In this document: positions 23,618 to 36,930 of the stretch, piece after piece
How the letters are laid out: every line of letters starts with the position of its first letter
Position numbering within the stretch: the first letter of the stretch is position 1
Assembly: GCA_973895155.1 (NCBI GenBank)
Contig: OZ316891.1
Location: forward strand, 23,931,899-23,995,898
Direction of reading: 5' to 3'
DNA length: 64,000 bases
From: Marsupella aquatica
Taxonomy: Eukaryota > Plantae > Marchantiophyta
The notes under the pieces: generated by a model
Told to the model about the DNA's origin: nothing
The model's input: only the letters and a program-made list of their open reading frames with translations
Database searches by the model: none
Translations under genes and position numbers: made by a program

Positions 23618-26600
23618 ATGGCCACCCTGGAGAAATTACACTTTCCAGCCCTATTGGCAGATGGCAATAATTACTTAACCTGGTCAATAGATGTAGAGAC
23701 CTACTTCGCATCAATACAACTAGAGGATACATTAATTACTGATGACAATTTAACATTGCAACAGAAGGCCAAAGCTGTATTTCTACTTAGACAGCATTTG
23801 ACACCATCACTGAAGACACAATATATGAGTGATCTTAATCCCCGTCTATTATGGGACAAATTAAAAGCTCGATTTGACCATATGCGAGAGGTCTGGCTCC
23901 CAGAAGCCCGCAGGGATTGGTTTAATCTACGTGTCATGGATCATACTTCTATAGCAAATTATAATAGTTCTCTATTTCGTATTACATCTCAATTGGAGAT
24001 GTGTGGCCACCCAGTTGCAGACTTAGACAAAATCGATAAAACGTTGAGTACTTTCCCAGAGGCCAACATCGCCTTGGGAACTCAATACAGGAATATGCAA
24101 TTCACAACTTATTCTAACTTAATTGCACATCTCCTAGTAGAGGAGAAACAACAAATTGTCTCTCTACAGAATGCAAGGAAACGACCACCAGGCACTGCAC
24201 CAATACCACAGAAACCAGAAATTAATTACAATGCCCCAGAAGACCAACAACGAAATATAAGAGGCCGGGGTACACAAAGAGGTGGATATAGAGGACGAGG
24301 TCGCAACTCAAATTATAGTGGAAGGGGAAATCAGTATGAAAATACCAGAGGTCGAGGCAGCAGAAGCCGTGGCCGGGGTAGAGGAAGAGGACGCGGCAGA
24401 GGTCACGCCCAATCATCTGACAACACACGAGAAGACCGAATGTGTTATAGATGTGGAAAAATTGGCCACCTAAAGAAAGACTGCTGGGCTTCTGACCAAG
24501 CGGCTAAGAGGCACTCAGAAGCAAGAGCTAAGTTAAAGCAAAATCCAGATGGCAACTATATGGAATTGGAAGAGGAGCTACCATCTTATCGAGAAGAAAC
24601 TGATATGATAGACCAATCCAACGCTGAAGCTCATCTGGTGACAGCAGAGCCACCATATCCCTCCTCCAACGATCCCAATTTAGGTATCATTGATAGTGGG
24701 ACATCCCACACTATCCTAAAAGATAGGAGTTATTTCCAAGACATCACTCCATCTGCCAGGGTAATGACAACCATATCAGGTACGAATAAGATTGAGGAAG
24801 GAACAGGAAAGGCTACTGTCAAATTTCCCCAAGGAACAGTCATTAACATCGAAGCAGCTATCTTTGCACCAAAAACTACTCGAAATTTGATTAGCTTCAA
24901 AGACGTTGTTGCTAATAATTATCAACTCCGCACAGCAATGCTCCAGCAAAAACCTACTTTGCAAATAGTAGCCATGACCACAGATGGAATTCAAATCAAA
25001 GAGATACTACCTCTAATACCCCCGGGTTTATATGCAGCCCCAATAACAGCGAACTATGCCACAGCAGAATCAAATAATCTTACATACCTCTGGCACTGTC
25101 GACTGGGGCACCCGGGAATAAATATGTACCGTCGCATCATCAATGACTCACGAGGAATCCCTAAAGGAGTGCGTCCATCTATAAATCATAAGCAATGTCT
25201 GGCATGTTCTCAGGGGAAGCTGAGTACACGCCCAGCTACACAAAAGACCATCTATACTATCCCTAAATTCCTGGAACGTCTAAATGCTGATGTCTGCGGG
25301 CCAATACACCCTCCAAGTGGGCCTTTCAGATATTTTTTAGCCATTGTAGACTCTTCAACTAAATGGCTCCAAGTTTCATTAATTTCTACTCGTAACCTGG
25401 TCTTTGCCAGAATCTTAGCCAACTTATTAAAACTTCGAGTACAATTCCCAGATTGTCCAATTAAGAAATTGCGAGTGGACGGGGCAGGGGAATTTACCTC
25501 CAGAGCATTTGACGACTTCTGTATGACAGCGGGGATCGACATTGAATACTCAGTTCCTTACGTCCATTTCCAGAACGGCATAGCAGAGTCAATCATAAAA
25601 AGGATTCAAATGATAACAAGGCCACTTCTATTGAACTCTAAACTACCACCTTCAGCATGGGGATTCGGTTTACCCCCTGATCTTTCACACATTAGAGTAT
25701 TCGGATGTAAAGTGATGGTACCCATCCTTGGGCCACATCGATCCAAACTTGGCCCACAGAGGAGAGAAGGTATTTATATTGGCCATGACTCCTCGTCTAT
25801 TATCCGCTATCTGGAACCTAGCACAGCTGATGTATTTAAAGCAAGACACGCTGACTGCCATTTCTATGAGGAAATTTTCCCCTCATTACTTAAGGCGCCA
25901 ACTACATCACACGACATAACACCAGTACAGCTCAATTGGAATAGCAGAAATCTACTCAATCAAGATCCAAGAACTCAAAGTGCAGACGAGGAGGTAAGGC
26001 GCTTATTACATCTCCACGAAATGTTGGAAAAGATTCCTGACGCTTTCAATGACGCAGCAAATGTGACCAGATCACATGTTGAAGCAGTCAATACCCCAGC
26101 TCGGATTCAGCTGCTGCCAACTCAAGCAAAGGAAACCTTACCTAAGGCGAAGAGAGGACGCCCACTAGGATCCACTGATTCTCGCCCTCGCCAGAGACGT
26201 GCACAAACGGTAAATACTGAAACCACATTTAATCTGGTCAGTATCGAACCAGAGAAAAAGAGGGCACCAGATAATGAAGAAATGTCTATTCAATACACAC
26301 ACACAGGACACATTTATGCTCGATCAAACACAATAATAGACGAGCAGTTTGCTTATCATATAGCCCAATCCATCTCAAATGATACACCTGATCCCTATAC
26401 AATCAAAGAAGCACAGAAAAGGCCCGATTGGCCACAGTGGAGAGAGGCTATCAATACAGAAATGGACGCATTAATCAAAAGACAAGTATTCGGCCCAGTT
26501 AAGGTTGTACAACCAAAGAATGACTATACAGATAGTCGTTTTATATTCGTTAGAAAACGCAATGCCCAAGGAGATGTCATAAGATATCGAGCAAGGCTTG

Positions 26601-28180
26601 TAGCGAAAGGCTACACCCAAATCCCTGGAAGGGATTACGATTTAACCTATTCGCCAGTTATGGATGTAACTACCTTTAGGTACTTAATATCTTTTTCAAG
26701 AAAGCATAAACTCAAAAACATACTCATGGACGTGGTAACTGCGTACCTATATGGAGTCTTAGACTCCGAAATATATATGAAAGCTCCAAAGGAATTGCTT
26801 GAAAGAGTGGTAGAGCACATCCAGGGGAAGAATATACATACCCTAAGTCAGGACATGAAGTCGGGACTTCGACAGATTGTCCCTGATGATGACATTAAAG
26901 GCCTAGTGTTGAGCAGTGGCAACACACTCAAAGAACCACTCCAGTACCCAGGTAAATATGGGACTGGACAGCAGGCATTTGCTGTGCAAGTCCTTAAATC
27001 AATAAACGGACTGAAACAGAGCGGACGCATCTGGTATCAGACATTCAAAACTAAGATGCAGACTCTTGGCTTTATAAATGACGACCTCGCCCCTTGCATT
27101 TTTATAAAACACCTAGCACCTGAGTTCGTGATATTAGCACTATATGTTGATGACGTCAATCTGTTCGGCACCCCCAAGCTATTAAAGCAGACTATTAATA
27201 CAATGAAGGGCATCTTCGAAATGAAAGAACTGGGAGAACCGACGTATTGCCTCGGTCTACAGTTCGACCACCTGCCACAAGGTATGTTTATTAGTCAATC
27301 AACTTACACAAAGAAAATTCTTCGACAGTTTAACATGCAGAATGCTTACTCAGTCTCGACTCCCATGGAGATGCGATCCCTGGACACCACTAAAGATATG
27401 TTTAGAAGGAGACAAGAAAATGAACCACTTCTTGATGCAGACAAGCCTTATTTATCTGCAATCGGAGCTCTCCTCTATCTGGCGAACAACACCCGTCCCG
27501 ACATTTCATTTGCAGTGAGTCTCTTGGCACGACATAGCGCCCAACCTACTATTCGCCACTGGAACGGCATCAAACGACTATTTCGTTATCTTCAAGGCTC
27601 CATGGATATGGGCCTGTATTTCGCCAATGATAACCCGGATGAACTGCAAGGATACGCGGACGCTGGATATCTATCCGATCCGCATGACTCGAAATCTCAG
27701 ACTGGTTATGTCTTCTTGCAAGGCAACACAGCAATATCATGGCGCAGTACAAAACAAACCTTGACTACCACATCGTCCAATCATTCAGAAGTAATAGCTC
27801 TTTACGAAGCAACAAGAGAAGCGCTATGGCTTTGAAACATCATAAACCACATCCGCAAGAATACTGGTAAGCCACTACTCACCAAACCGACGATTATCCA
27901 TGAAGATAACAAAGCTTGCGTGGACCAAATCAATGCAGGATATATGAAGACAGACCGCACGAAGCATATCGACCCAAAATTTTTCTTTACCCATGAACAG
28001 ATAGGGCAGCACATCAATGTGCACTGGAAGAGCTCCCAGGAGAACTGTGCTGATCTATTCACGAAGCCATTACCCGCCAGCCTCCATCGAAAGCACGTAG
28101 CAGCGATCGGCATGACAAGATTGTCGACATTGCGCCCGCCCGTCGACACACAAACGAGAGAAACTCCACAGTTTGAATGA
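23618..28180 (+). pseudogene. copia gag-pol polyprotein (gag, CCHC knuckle, protease, integrase, RT, RNase H) with a premature stop
   Basis: CYRCGKIGHLKKDC; IIDSGTSHT; WHCRLGHPG; DVCGPIHPPSGPFRYF; YVDD; GYADAGY. A TGA at 27833-35 interrupts RNase H and the same frame resumes with HEDNKAC..RTKHIDPKFF..ADLFTKPL. Confidence 0.95.
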
Positions 28181-28542
28181 GCAGCTCAAGCCGACAGACG
28201 ACAGCCGACTCGACGACGATGCAACCTAAAACTTTCATTCCTGTATACATAGACAGAATACGATTTCTCATACCAATACAAGATAGAATAATTATTATCG
28301 TAAACACCCCATTTAAACTAAGGGGAAGTAGTTTTAGTAATAGGGGACCCAAATTAAACTTTACATTTGGACAAATTATAAGGTAGACTCACCTTAGTGC
28401 AAATTTAAGAAAATCCTACTAATGGTGGCTAGAACCCTTTTTCCTTATGAAGAAAGCAGAAGGTTTTAATGGGGCAGCACCAAAAATAAACATAGGGTTA
28501 GTAGTGTGGTGATTTTATACCCCTAAACTCTCCAAGGGGAAG

Positions 28543-28706
28543 TGTTGTAACCATTTACTCTAGACCATGGTTAACCCCTAACCCTATCCTGAAGGGGTAA
28601 CATGGGTTAACACCAACCCCAACATGTAACCCTATGGTGACTATATAAGTCACACCCATAATGGAACACAACAGCGAGTTGCAAGTCTCTCCATTGTCAC
28701 ACAACA
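28543..28706 (+). repeat. copia 3' LTR
   Basis: Matches 23000-23163. Confidence 0.95.
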
Positions 28707-28898
28707 GATACAAGCAGAGTAGCAGATCTGCTGTGGTTGTACCACTCCATTATCAACTGCCACAATACAAAAACCTATGGGCAAGGGTGGAGCATCCAGA
28801 GTAATGGGCCGACTATACGTGTCTCTGTGTACAGGCAAAAACTCCCATTGCACAGCAGAACTGGCAGGGACCAACCTCATTCCACTCAGCTTCAGGCG

Positions 28899-29815
28899 TA
28901 GCCTCTCAGCTCTGCCTTCAAGGTCAGCTCCCAATCTGCTGCGTGTCCTTGGCATTACTGTAACAAATACAAGAAGCAATCATTTATCCAACCCAAACAC
29001 TCAATGAAATTCATGCAACCATTTAAGATTCAACTATTTCATACAATCAGATAGTTTAGTCCATTTGAGTTTAGTCCATTAGACACTGTAGTCCACTTCA
29101 TACTATAATCAAACAATTTAGTCCACTTCATGAATACTTAATACTATGTCGTGTTTTCTACACAATTGAAGGCTTATGATCTATTTGAAATCATGAGGTG
29201 GCACATCAGAACCCTCTGGAATGACATGGCAATTGCAGTACACCATACGCCATGGACCAATATCCCAAGTTTCTCTACCCTTAACTCCTCTCTTCAGGTG
29301 TTTGTCTGCCTCTGGTCCTTCATCTCTGCACCACGCACGAGGGCACCTACGACACTGGATAAATTCCCAGATGCCATCCCGATACTCCTTGCACACATCA
29401 CAATAATGCCTTGGGCAGATCAGAGCAGCGGGATGTGCATCTGAGTTCTCTACATAAGTTATCAGAGGCAACTCGTTCGCCCTCAATATAGTCCGCAGAC
29501 AACCCACATGGTAAAAGGAATAGCAATCGTCCTGTGCACACTGAATCACAAGGGGCTCATCTGTAGTGGGTTTCACGGTTCGGCCAAGTAACCCACAAGC
29601 AAAGCAACAAGCTCGGTTCTGCTGATAGAGGTCACAGAGCCACTCCTTGTCCCAATCATGCCCTCTAGAAATGGCAATGCGTGTGCACTCAGGCCCATGG
29701 CCATCAGGCTCCTCAGCATCCTGCCCATCAACTAAGTAATGAAAATGTCGACTGCAAGGCCCATCGCAGAACAAAACAGTACCTCCCTCATCACATTCAA
29801 AACAACAGGGGGGAT
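28899..29815. repeat. 917-bp direct duplication, copy 1 (copy 2 at 50395-51311)
   Basis: Both copies run TAGCCTCTCAGC...ACAGGGGGGAT, with about 5 substitutions seen by eye. Confidence 0.95.
29181..29815 (-). pseudogene. 5'-truncated duplicate of the EDM2-type PHD gene
   Basis: Near-identical to 50677-51311; it lacks the start, which is replaced by the insertion at 29816. Confidence 0.85.
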
Positions 29816-29930
29816 TGTGATGCCTAGACAGGAATCACTCGGCCAGTTAAGTGGGTAAAGCAGGAAGGCACCCTAGGAACACCTTAGTATAGTGACAAAA
29901 CAAGGAAAATATAAACAATTAGGGGCAACC

Positions 29931-31981
29931 ATGAAACCCGGGCCGAGGCCGGAGGTAAGGCTGAGGGTGAAAACCCGATTAGGGTTAGGGCGCGTTAAGC
30001 GTCGGCGGCTAGGAAGGATCAACGGGAAGAAGGACCGGCAGAGGAGAGGGGTAAGGAGCGCTTGCAGGAGATGGTGGCTCATTTGCGAGCACGAACTAGG
30101 CAGACGACTACGGGAGGCCAACTACTGTCAGCTGCTTAGGCAAGCACTCGGGGAGAGAGTAGATACCGACGATCGACCTAAGGAGGGTATGAGCAACGTC
30201 AATCAAGCGGCACATTTCTAGGGATGCCTGTTCGAACGGGCAACTGAGTACATCAAGACTTACGAGGACGAGGAGTCAGAAAGGGCAGCTCGAGAACGGC
30301 AGGAGCTCGCTCGATTGTGGGAGCTGTAGAAGACGGCTTTCTTAGGAGGCGAACTCATCAAGGACGAGTTCCTGTGGACGCCTACTTCCAATCAACTCGA
30401 CGATCTTCTGTTTTGCAAAGACAGCGTCGTCGGCATCCGAGAGGCCATCAAGAACTGCAACGACATACACTGGGAATTAAAGGGTAGCACGGAAAGGTGG
30501 ACCCAGGCAACGGTGCTAGGAGAAACCTCCACGGCAGCAGAGATGAAGAGGAAGGGAGCCGTCAACGATGAAGCCACCCCGGCAAAAAGAACGAGGTCGG
30601 CGGCACCAAAGAAGCCAGCCGAGCAGCAGAGCAGGAGGCAGGGAGAAGCCGAAGAGGAGGAGGTCGATCCCATCAAGGCCATTCCAACCAGGGATGACAC
30701 CTGGAAGGGCTGGGCGGCAACCCTACCGGTGGAGGTGCAACTACATTTTGCACGAGAGGAGGATGCATGCTTTACGGCCATGCAGACCAAGAAGTACCAA
30801 GGCTTCATGGCCGGATCCGGCTTGGAGGCCTTTGTAAGATTACCATGGCTGAAGCCGGAGGTACCGGAGTCAGACCTATTAGAATTCGTGGGGTCATGGG
30901 AACCCGAGACCAATTGCACGAGGATATATGGGAAGGATTCTATCTTACTCCCAAGGTGATTGCCGAAGTGTTTGGCTTGCCGATGGGCAATAAGACCAAA
31001 GTTGATACCAGGAAGACCTTGCCTGACAAGGAGTTCCGGTCGTTCCCCGGGCCATCAACGAAGAATGGCTTCTTCCGGAACACCTGCACCAACCCGCACA
31101 TAGGAGAGATGATCGACTTCTTGCGGGTGACCATGCATTGTAACTTACCGAGGGCAGAGATCGGCAAGGCACAGGTCTATCTGGCAGAAAGGCCAGACCC
31201 AAGCCGGGACTACAACGGGTACCTCCTCAACCAATTGAAGAAGATCTTAAAGGAGGAGCAGCAGGTAATCGGCATGGGGAGCGTGTCGCGGCTTGGCTAT
31301 CACATGCCGCTGTTGTGCCGGTATGCCAGAGGTCAGACTTTTGCCCCGGTACTTCCCCTGCAGGTAAGGGCACCCGAGGAAGCTCCAACGCCGAGGCCGT
31401 TGGCTGAGAAGCCTCAACCACCTGTTAGTCCTACGATCGAGCAGGTGTTTAGGCCCAGGAAGGAAGACTTGCCGATGCAGCAACCAGGCATGCAGAGTCT
31501 GCTGAAACTACTGGAGAAAGAAAAGAAATCGGCATCGGCAACGGCAACAATGCAGGACACTACTACAGAGGTAGGCCTACACCGGCTCACAAGAGAAAAC
31601 CCCTTTGCTGGAGACAAGAAGAGAATCAGGCCGGAATCCAAGCCAGGTGTTCGAATGTACGTGGGAACCTCAAGCTCCGAATCTGAGGCAGAATTGCCTG
31701 AAGCTCCTACCGAGGAAGAGGAGAGGGAGAAGCCGGACGTCCAAGAGGTAGAGGAGGCAGTGGAGGACTGCAGCCATGATAATTCCGGCTATGGGTCGGA
31801 CCATCACGTTCCAGGAGTAAGGACCTGTGGCCGGTTTGTCCCCACACTTCCAAGGGTAGTGCGAGGGGACCCCAACCAGCAGAGTAGCCCTGAGTCTCCC
31901 CCACCAGATGTCGCTCCCCCGAGCTTCGACGGCATAAAACAGACGGTGCAGGAATTTCAGGAGCGAATCAAGCAGGAGGAA
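29931..31981 (+). pseudogene. Unit B ORF, N-terminal part (plant retrotransposon extra-ORF-like; Transposase_32/ATHILA ORF-like motif)
   Basis: ORFs 29892 and 30513 are in one frame, with two TAG stops between them, and a frameshift near 30935 leads into ORF 30767. Motif: GLEAFVRLPW..LLEFVGSW..TRIYGKD/FYLTPKVIAEVFGLP. Confidence 0.65.
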
Positions 31982-32740
31982 CACTAGAAGGAAATTGGGT
32001 TTTTACAACTATGTCCTTTTTTACTCCTGGTCGGAAACAACTCTTAAGCAATCCCAACAACTGTGTTTTCAAAGAGTGGTATCTGGCTTGTAAAGCAACT
32101 AAGTTTACCACTGCAATAGAAAGAATAACTCATTTGTTTTATTTGAGTGACTAAGGACAATTTAAAAAACTACTCTAATTAGAGATGAAGAGGATTCTAG
32201 TTGTTTAAGGTAGTTTTGTAGTTGTTTGGGTGACGGTGGCTAATGACTATGACACATAGAGTTATATGGGACAACGGTGAGAAAGGACTGGCCCAACAGA
32301 AACCTTGAGACATCAGTGTTTTCCATTAAAAGACTTGGTCAGGAACATATAGTTGTACACTTCTATCTTGAGCAGCTGCTATATATTTGCTGAACAAATA
32401 TATGTTGGACCATTTGTAGTTTGATTTGGCCTACAAATCATTTCTTAGTAGCAACCAGGGTAGCAAGCTCTTTACGCAGTTAAATGTGGATTTGCATGGG
32501 CCAGTTGGTAATGAGCACGGAACTACTACAATGCAAGCTCTGCGGGTGAGAGTATAAATATTCTGGTGGAAATACAATCTTGCAAAGGATCGCAAGAGAG
32601 TTTGCTGGTTACTCAACCATAAGTAGACTTCATCTTGTACAACGTGTGAGTACAAATAAACATTGAAATTGTTTTAATTTTACAAAATGTATTACAATGT
32701 GCAGTGCAACAACACTGCCAAGTTAGATCCGCAAAAGTTC

Positions 32741-33490
32741 TTATAAATTCCTATGTAGACCTTCTATCGGCACATGACCCAGTAACCAGTTCTCTGCTTC
32801 TTCTATAAGCCTAAAAGACTTGTGTTTATTGCCACTAAAACCTGAGACTTCGCGCTCTGCTTCTTCCCAACATTCATAGATACCAGGATTCCGGCCTTTC
32901 CCCACTGCATACCACCGTTTCCTACTATGCAAGGAGGGATGATTGCATCTAAAATATAATACATCAAAGCTTGGATCAATCTGATGCTGGCCATGCCCTG
33001 AAACTTGAGCTGCCTGCCCATGCTCATACAGTAGATGTTGCTCTCTCACTATCGGTTGCTGAGCTGGAATTTGAGCTGGCTGGCTATGGTGCTCATATAC
33101 AGGATGCATCCATTGCTGCTCTCCATGCTCATCTTTTGGATTCTTAGCAGGATGAGGGCTGGAACTATGTCCTTCTGGTTGAGGACGAGCAACAGTAGTG
33201 AGATTCTCAACAGGCTGGGGGCTGAAATCAGGACCTTCTGGTTGAGGACGAGCAACAACAGTGAGATTACCAACAGACTGAGGGCTGAAATCAGGAACTT
33301 CTGGTTGAGGACGAGCAACAGCAATGAGACGCTCAAGCAGCTCATGCAAAAAGCGGAAAAACTCGCTCAGTAGTCCAAGGCAAGACCAAAACAGGCCGTC
33401 ACAAACTAAGGCCACAGCTGACCACAAAATTGCACCAAAAGCTTGCCTACAGGTGCTCCATGCATCCTCCAACTTTGCCTCTATTGCCAT
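32741..33490 (-). CDS. CACTA-2 accessory protein with a C-terminal RNase H1 hybrid-binding (Cauli_VI/viroplasmin) domain, about 249 aa
   Basis: WYAVGKGRNPGIYECWEEAEREVSGFSGNKHKSFRLIEEAENWL matches the HBD consensus YAV.KG..PG.Y..W.E....V.GF....HK.F....EA..W. The ATG at 33490 follows a GTAAGT..TTGCAG intron (33571-33492). The protein has 21-aa internal repeats. Confidence 0.85.
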   Translation of the reverse strand: MAIEAKLEDAWSTCRQAFGAILWSAVALVCDGLFWSCLGLLSEFFRFLHELLERLIAVARPQPEVPDFSPQSVGNLTVVARPQPEGPDFSPQPVENLTTVARPQPEGHSSSPHPAKNPKDEHGEQQWMHPVYEHHSQPAQIPAQQPIVREQHLLYEHGQAAQVSGHGQHQIDPSFDVLYFRCNHPSLHSRKRWYAVGKGRNPGIYECWEEAEREVSGFSGNKHKSFRLIEEAENWLLGHVPIEGLHRNL

Positions 33491-35862
33491 ACTGCAAGCG
33501 GACTCAGTTACTAGCTTAGTCTCCCGTTTGCTTGCAAAGGATCGATGATGTACCCTAGCGAGGAAACTTACCTGAGAAAGCCACAAAAATATTGTGAATT
33601 AGTTGTGACTCAATGTATAACAATCAGCCCTAAGGGATATAGAAGAATACAAAGTGACTCTGAAAGCACGTGGACCCCTCAACGACAAGCATGATCTTAA
33701 TTTGGCAAAACCTTGTTGCAGATTTCTTTGTGGTGAAGACATCAACAACATCAATGAACGGCTCAAAGCAGCTTTTCTTAAATTGTTGCAATTGGTCATT
33801 ATTTTCTTAATCAAATGAGAAGCTGCAAACTCTGCAATGCAGTCCGATCGGGCTTTGATCAGCAACATACTACCATGCCGGGCGTGCTGAAATAACAACT
33901 GAAGAATAACATTTGTGACCAACTAATTAATAAAAGTAGAGTCTAATGGCTGATTGCCCTCGACAAATCACTGCAATCTTCTTGTTGACAGTGCAATGGG
34001 GTTCTCCCCAACTCAATTGCAAACTCTGGATAGTAACGGACACAGGTGCTACGAGATATTACAATGCATATGAAGTAGCTAGGTTGAGTCGCCAAGGAAC
34101 GAAAGGCAAAACTGACAAACTGAACGCTTGTCTGAGTAAGCAGACAATAGATCCAATTAATTATAGGTGAACAAATAATGAGACTTACCGGAGAGATAGT
34201 ATTAAGTACATAGTCCAGCCACTCGCCACCACACTTTCTTCCAAAACCGTGCAATGTATGAGAGACCACCAAGCTAGTCTAACCAGGAACACAAAGAGCT
34301 AGTAGATGATGACAGATACAAAGATAGGGAATACAAAGTCTTCCTGTCGCTTTCCTCTCCATGGAAGCGGACGAAAGTTGGATGTCGGCCTCAACAATTC
34401 CAGCAGCTTGAATCAAACTTTTTGTTCCTCTCTGCTATCCTAATGGCCTCCTGCCTGCCCTCCACCAGGTTTCCCAGCAATCGTCTTAACCTCACACTCA
34501 TCCCCTTACGTAGCCTACCTATAGCCTACCTGTGCGCGACCAAATTAAATTCCTCCTTCGTAAGAAACAACACTTGTAAAAATATTCCAAATTTCCAGAC
34601 TGTCAACCCTATGACCTGGCCTCACGTTGTATATGCAAGAGAAATCACCCTGTGACCCGTCCCTCCCAATTGCAACCATCCCATACAGCCATGAAATTAT
34701 TCCATCTGCAAACCCTAAACTGTCTTAGCTAAGGTGCAATTCGCATCTAATGAAGGTCATCACTTCTCAGTGGCTTCCTATTGCGATTGCCCGCCTTCTT
34801 GAAATGAGAAATGTAGTGACAGCATTCAAGAGAAGAGCTGATGATGATGGTTGTGGGTGTGGCGAACTAGGAAGTTGACGGCCTCGCAGCTCGCAAGGGC
34901 GGTGAGTGATTGACCTTTTGTCAAGAAATTGAGCCCTCCATTTGTGCCGAGCCAGAGTGATCACTAAGATTTGAAAGAATTGCTTCGAGTAAGCTTGACG
35001 TCAATCCGTCCTTCGTATTGCTTCGAGTAAGAATTGCTTCGAGTAAGCATTGATCCGTGCCAAAGAAAACTGCCGCTTGCGCCTTGACGGAACTCTTGAA
35101 GTCAGATTTTCTTTCCCCCTCCCTTCCTTGCTTCCCTTCCACCTCCCTTCCTCTCGCGTGCTCACTCACTGATGCCGATGAACCGCTATAGGAAATCCGC
35201 TATGCTACAAAACTGTACTCGATTTCAACAAGAGTCCTATGGCAGCAGCTTGCGCTTGTGGTTTATAGCTTGCGGGTGTGTGTCGTCCCCTCTGCTCGCG
35301 TTTCAGGATTCACTCAAAAGGAATGCAAGGGGAGTGCATTCTGGAAAACTGGCAAAGGAGTGCATTCTGGCAAAGTCTTCTCGTAGCGAGAATTCCTCTT
35401 CTTGAACTAAACTTAACGCGCAGCACCAGTGACTACACCAATGCTAGAAGCAGACAGTGTATGTTTAAACTGCTTAACTGGCACACAAACTTACGTTGAT
35501 CCAAAGGTTCTTACCTTAGACTAGGGACATAGAAGCATATACACCCAAAGTAAATATTTCTCAATTAATCTCTACAGAACAAATCTGAATAAAAAGAATG
35601 TAGTTTGATACGGTGGTTGGACATTGCTACCTCCCAACTCTACCACAAATTAATTAATTTAAATGTTATCCGTTTGGCACTTAGTCTTGCGCGAGACAAT
35701 CTTTAGTTCTTGCTTAAAATGAATTAATTTAATATCACTAAGGGGCTGACGTGGAGGAGTGAAGAAGCATGCAGCTGTTAGTTATAACCAAAAAACTTGC
35801 ACACATACACTATTTGCATCTCATCTACTCAAATTAGATTGTCAAAATAATATGTCACACGT

Positions 35863-36930
35863 CTTAGCTTGGGTCTTTGCAACTCGAAGAACCCACTCAG
35901 AATCCACTCATAATCAGGTGCTTTGAGATGACAAGAATTAAAGCACTGCTTTATACCACTCTCATTGCAGTGGTGCGAGCCATGTTTTATAAAACCACTA
36001 AGAGGTCTGAGTGGTTTCACCAGTGGTACATGGTAGGGTCACCCACTAACTCTATTTCTCCAATTCCACAAACTCTTGGAGTGATGTTGCTAAAGGTGGT
36101 GGAAGGAGTTGCTCAACTTCTATGTGCCCCAAAACTTAGCACCTTTTGATTTCTTGTGTGATGGGGTGGGTGGTTTTGCTCAAACTGGGAGGCCATTGTG
36201 TTAGAGCTGTCCTTCAGGAGCAATGTGATGGAGCTAAGTTGGAGGAATGAGGAAGGCTACAACCAAAAATCATGAGCCTACCATTGGCACCCCATGTTCT
36301 AAAATTATAAATACAATGTGCCAGCCCTCTTAGCTTGGGTCTTTGCAACTTGAAGAACCCACTCAGAATCCACTCATAATCAGGTGCTTTGAGATGACAA
36401 GAATTAAAGCACTGCTTTATACCACTCTCATTGCAGTGGTGCGAGCCATGTTTTATAAAACCACTAAGAGGTCTGAGTGGTTTCACCAGTGGTACATGGT
36501 AGGGTCACCCACTAACTCTATTTCTCCAATTCCACAAACTCTTGGAGTGATGTTGCTAAAGGTGGTGGAAGGAGTTGCTCAACTTCTATGTGCCCCAAAA
36601 CTTAGCACCTTTTGATTTCTTGTGTGATGGGGTGGGTGGTTTTGCTCAAACTGGGAGGCCATTGTGTTAGAGCTGTCCTTCAGGAGCAATGTGATGGAGC
36701 TAAGTTGGAGGAATGAGGAAGGCTACAACCAAAAATCATGAGCCTACCATTGGCACCCCATGTTCTAAAATTATAAATACAATGTGCCAGCCCTCTTAGC
36801 TTGGGTCTTTGCAACTTGAAGAACCCACTCAGAATCCACTCATAATCAGGTGCTTTGAGATGACAAGAATTAAAGCACTGCTTATACCACTCTCATTGCA
36901 GTGGTGCGAGCCGTGTTTTATAAAACCACT
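35863..36930. repeat. 466-bp tandem repeat (about 2.3 copies) inside CACTA-2
   Basis: CTTAGCTTGGGTCTTTGCAAC recurs at about 35863, 36329 and 36795; ORFs 35877 and 36343 are identical. Confidence 0.95.

Larger units (their letters stand above)
23000..28706 (+). mobile_element. Full-length Ty1/copia LTR retrotransposon (Bianca-like)
   Basis: TG..CA LTRs at 23000-23163 and 28543-28706 (164 bp, identical by eye). TSD GATAC at 22995-99 and 28707-11. PBS CGTTATCAGC at 23164; PPT AAGGGGAAG at 28534-42. Confidence 0.97.
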
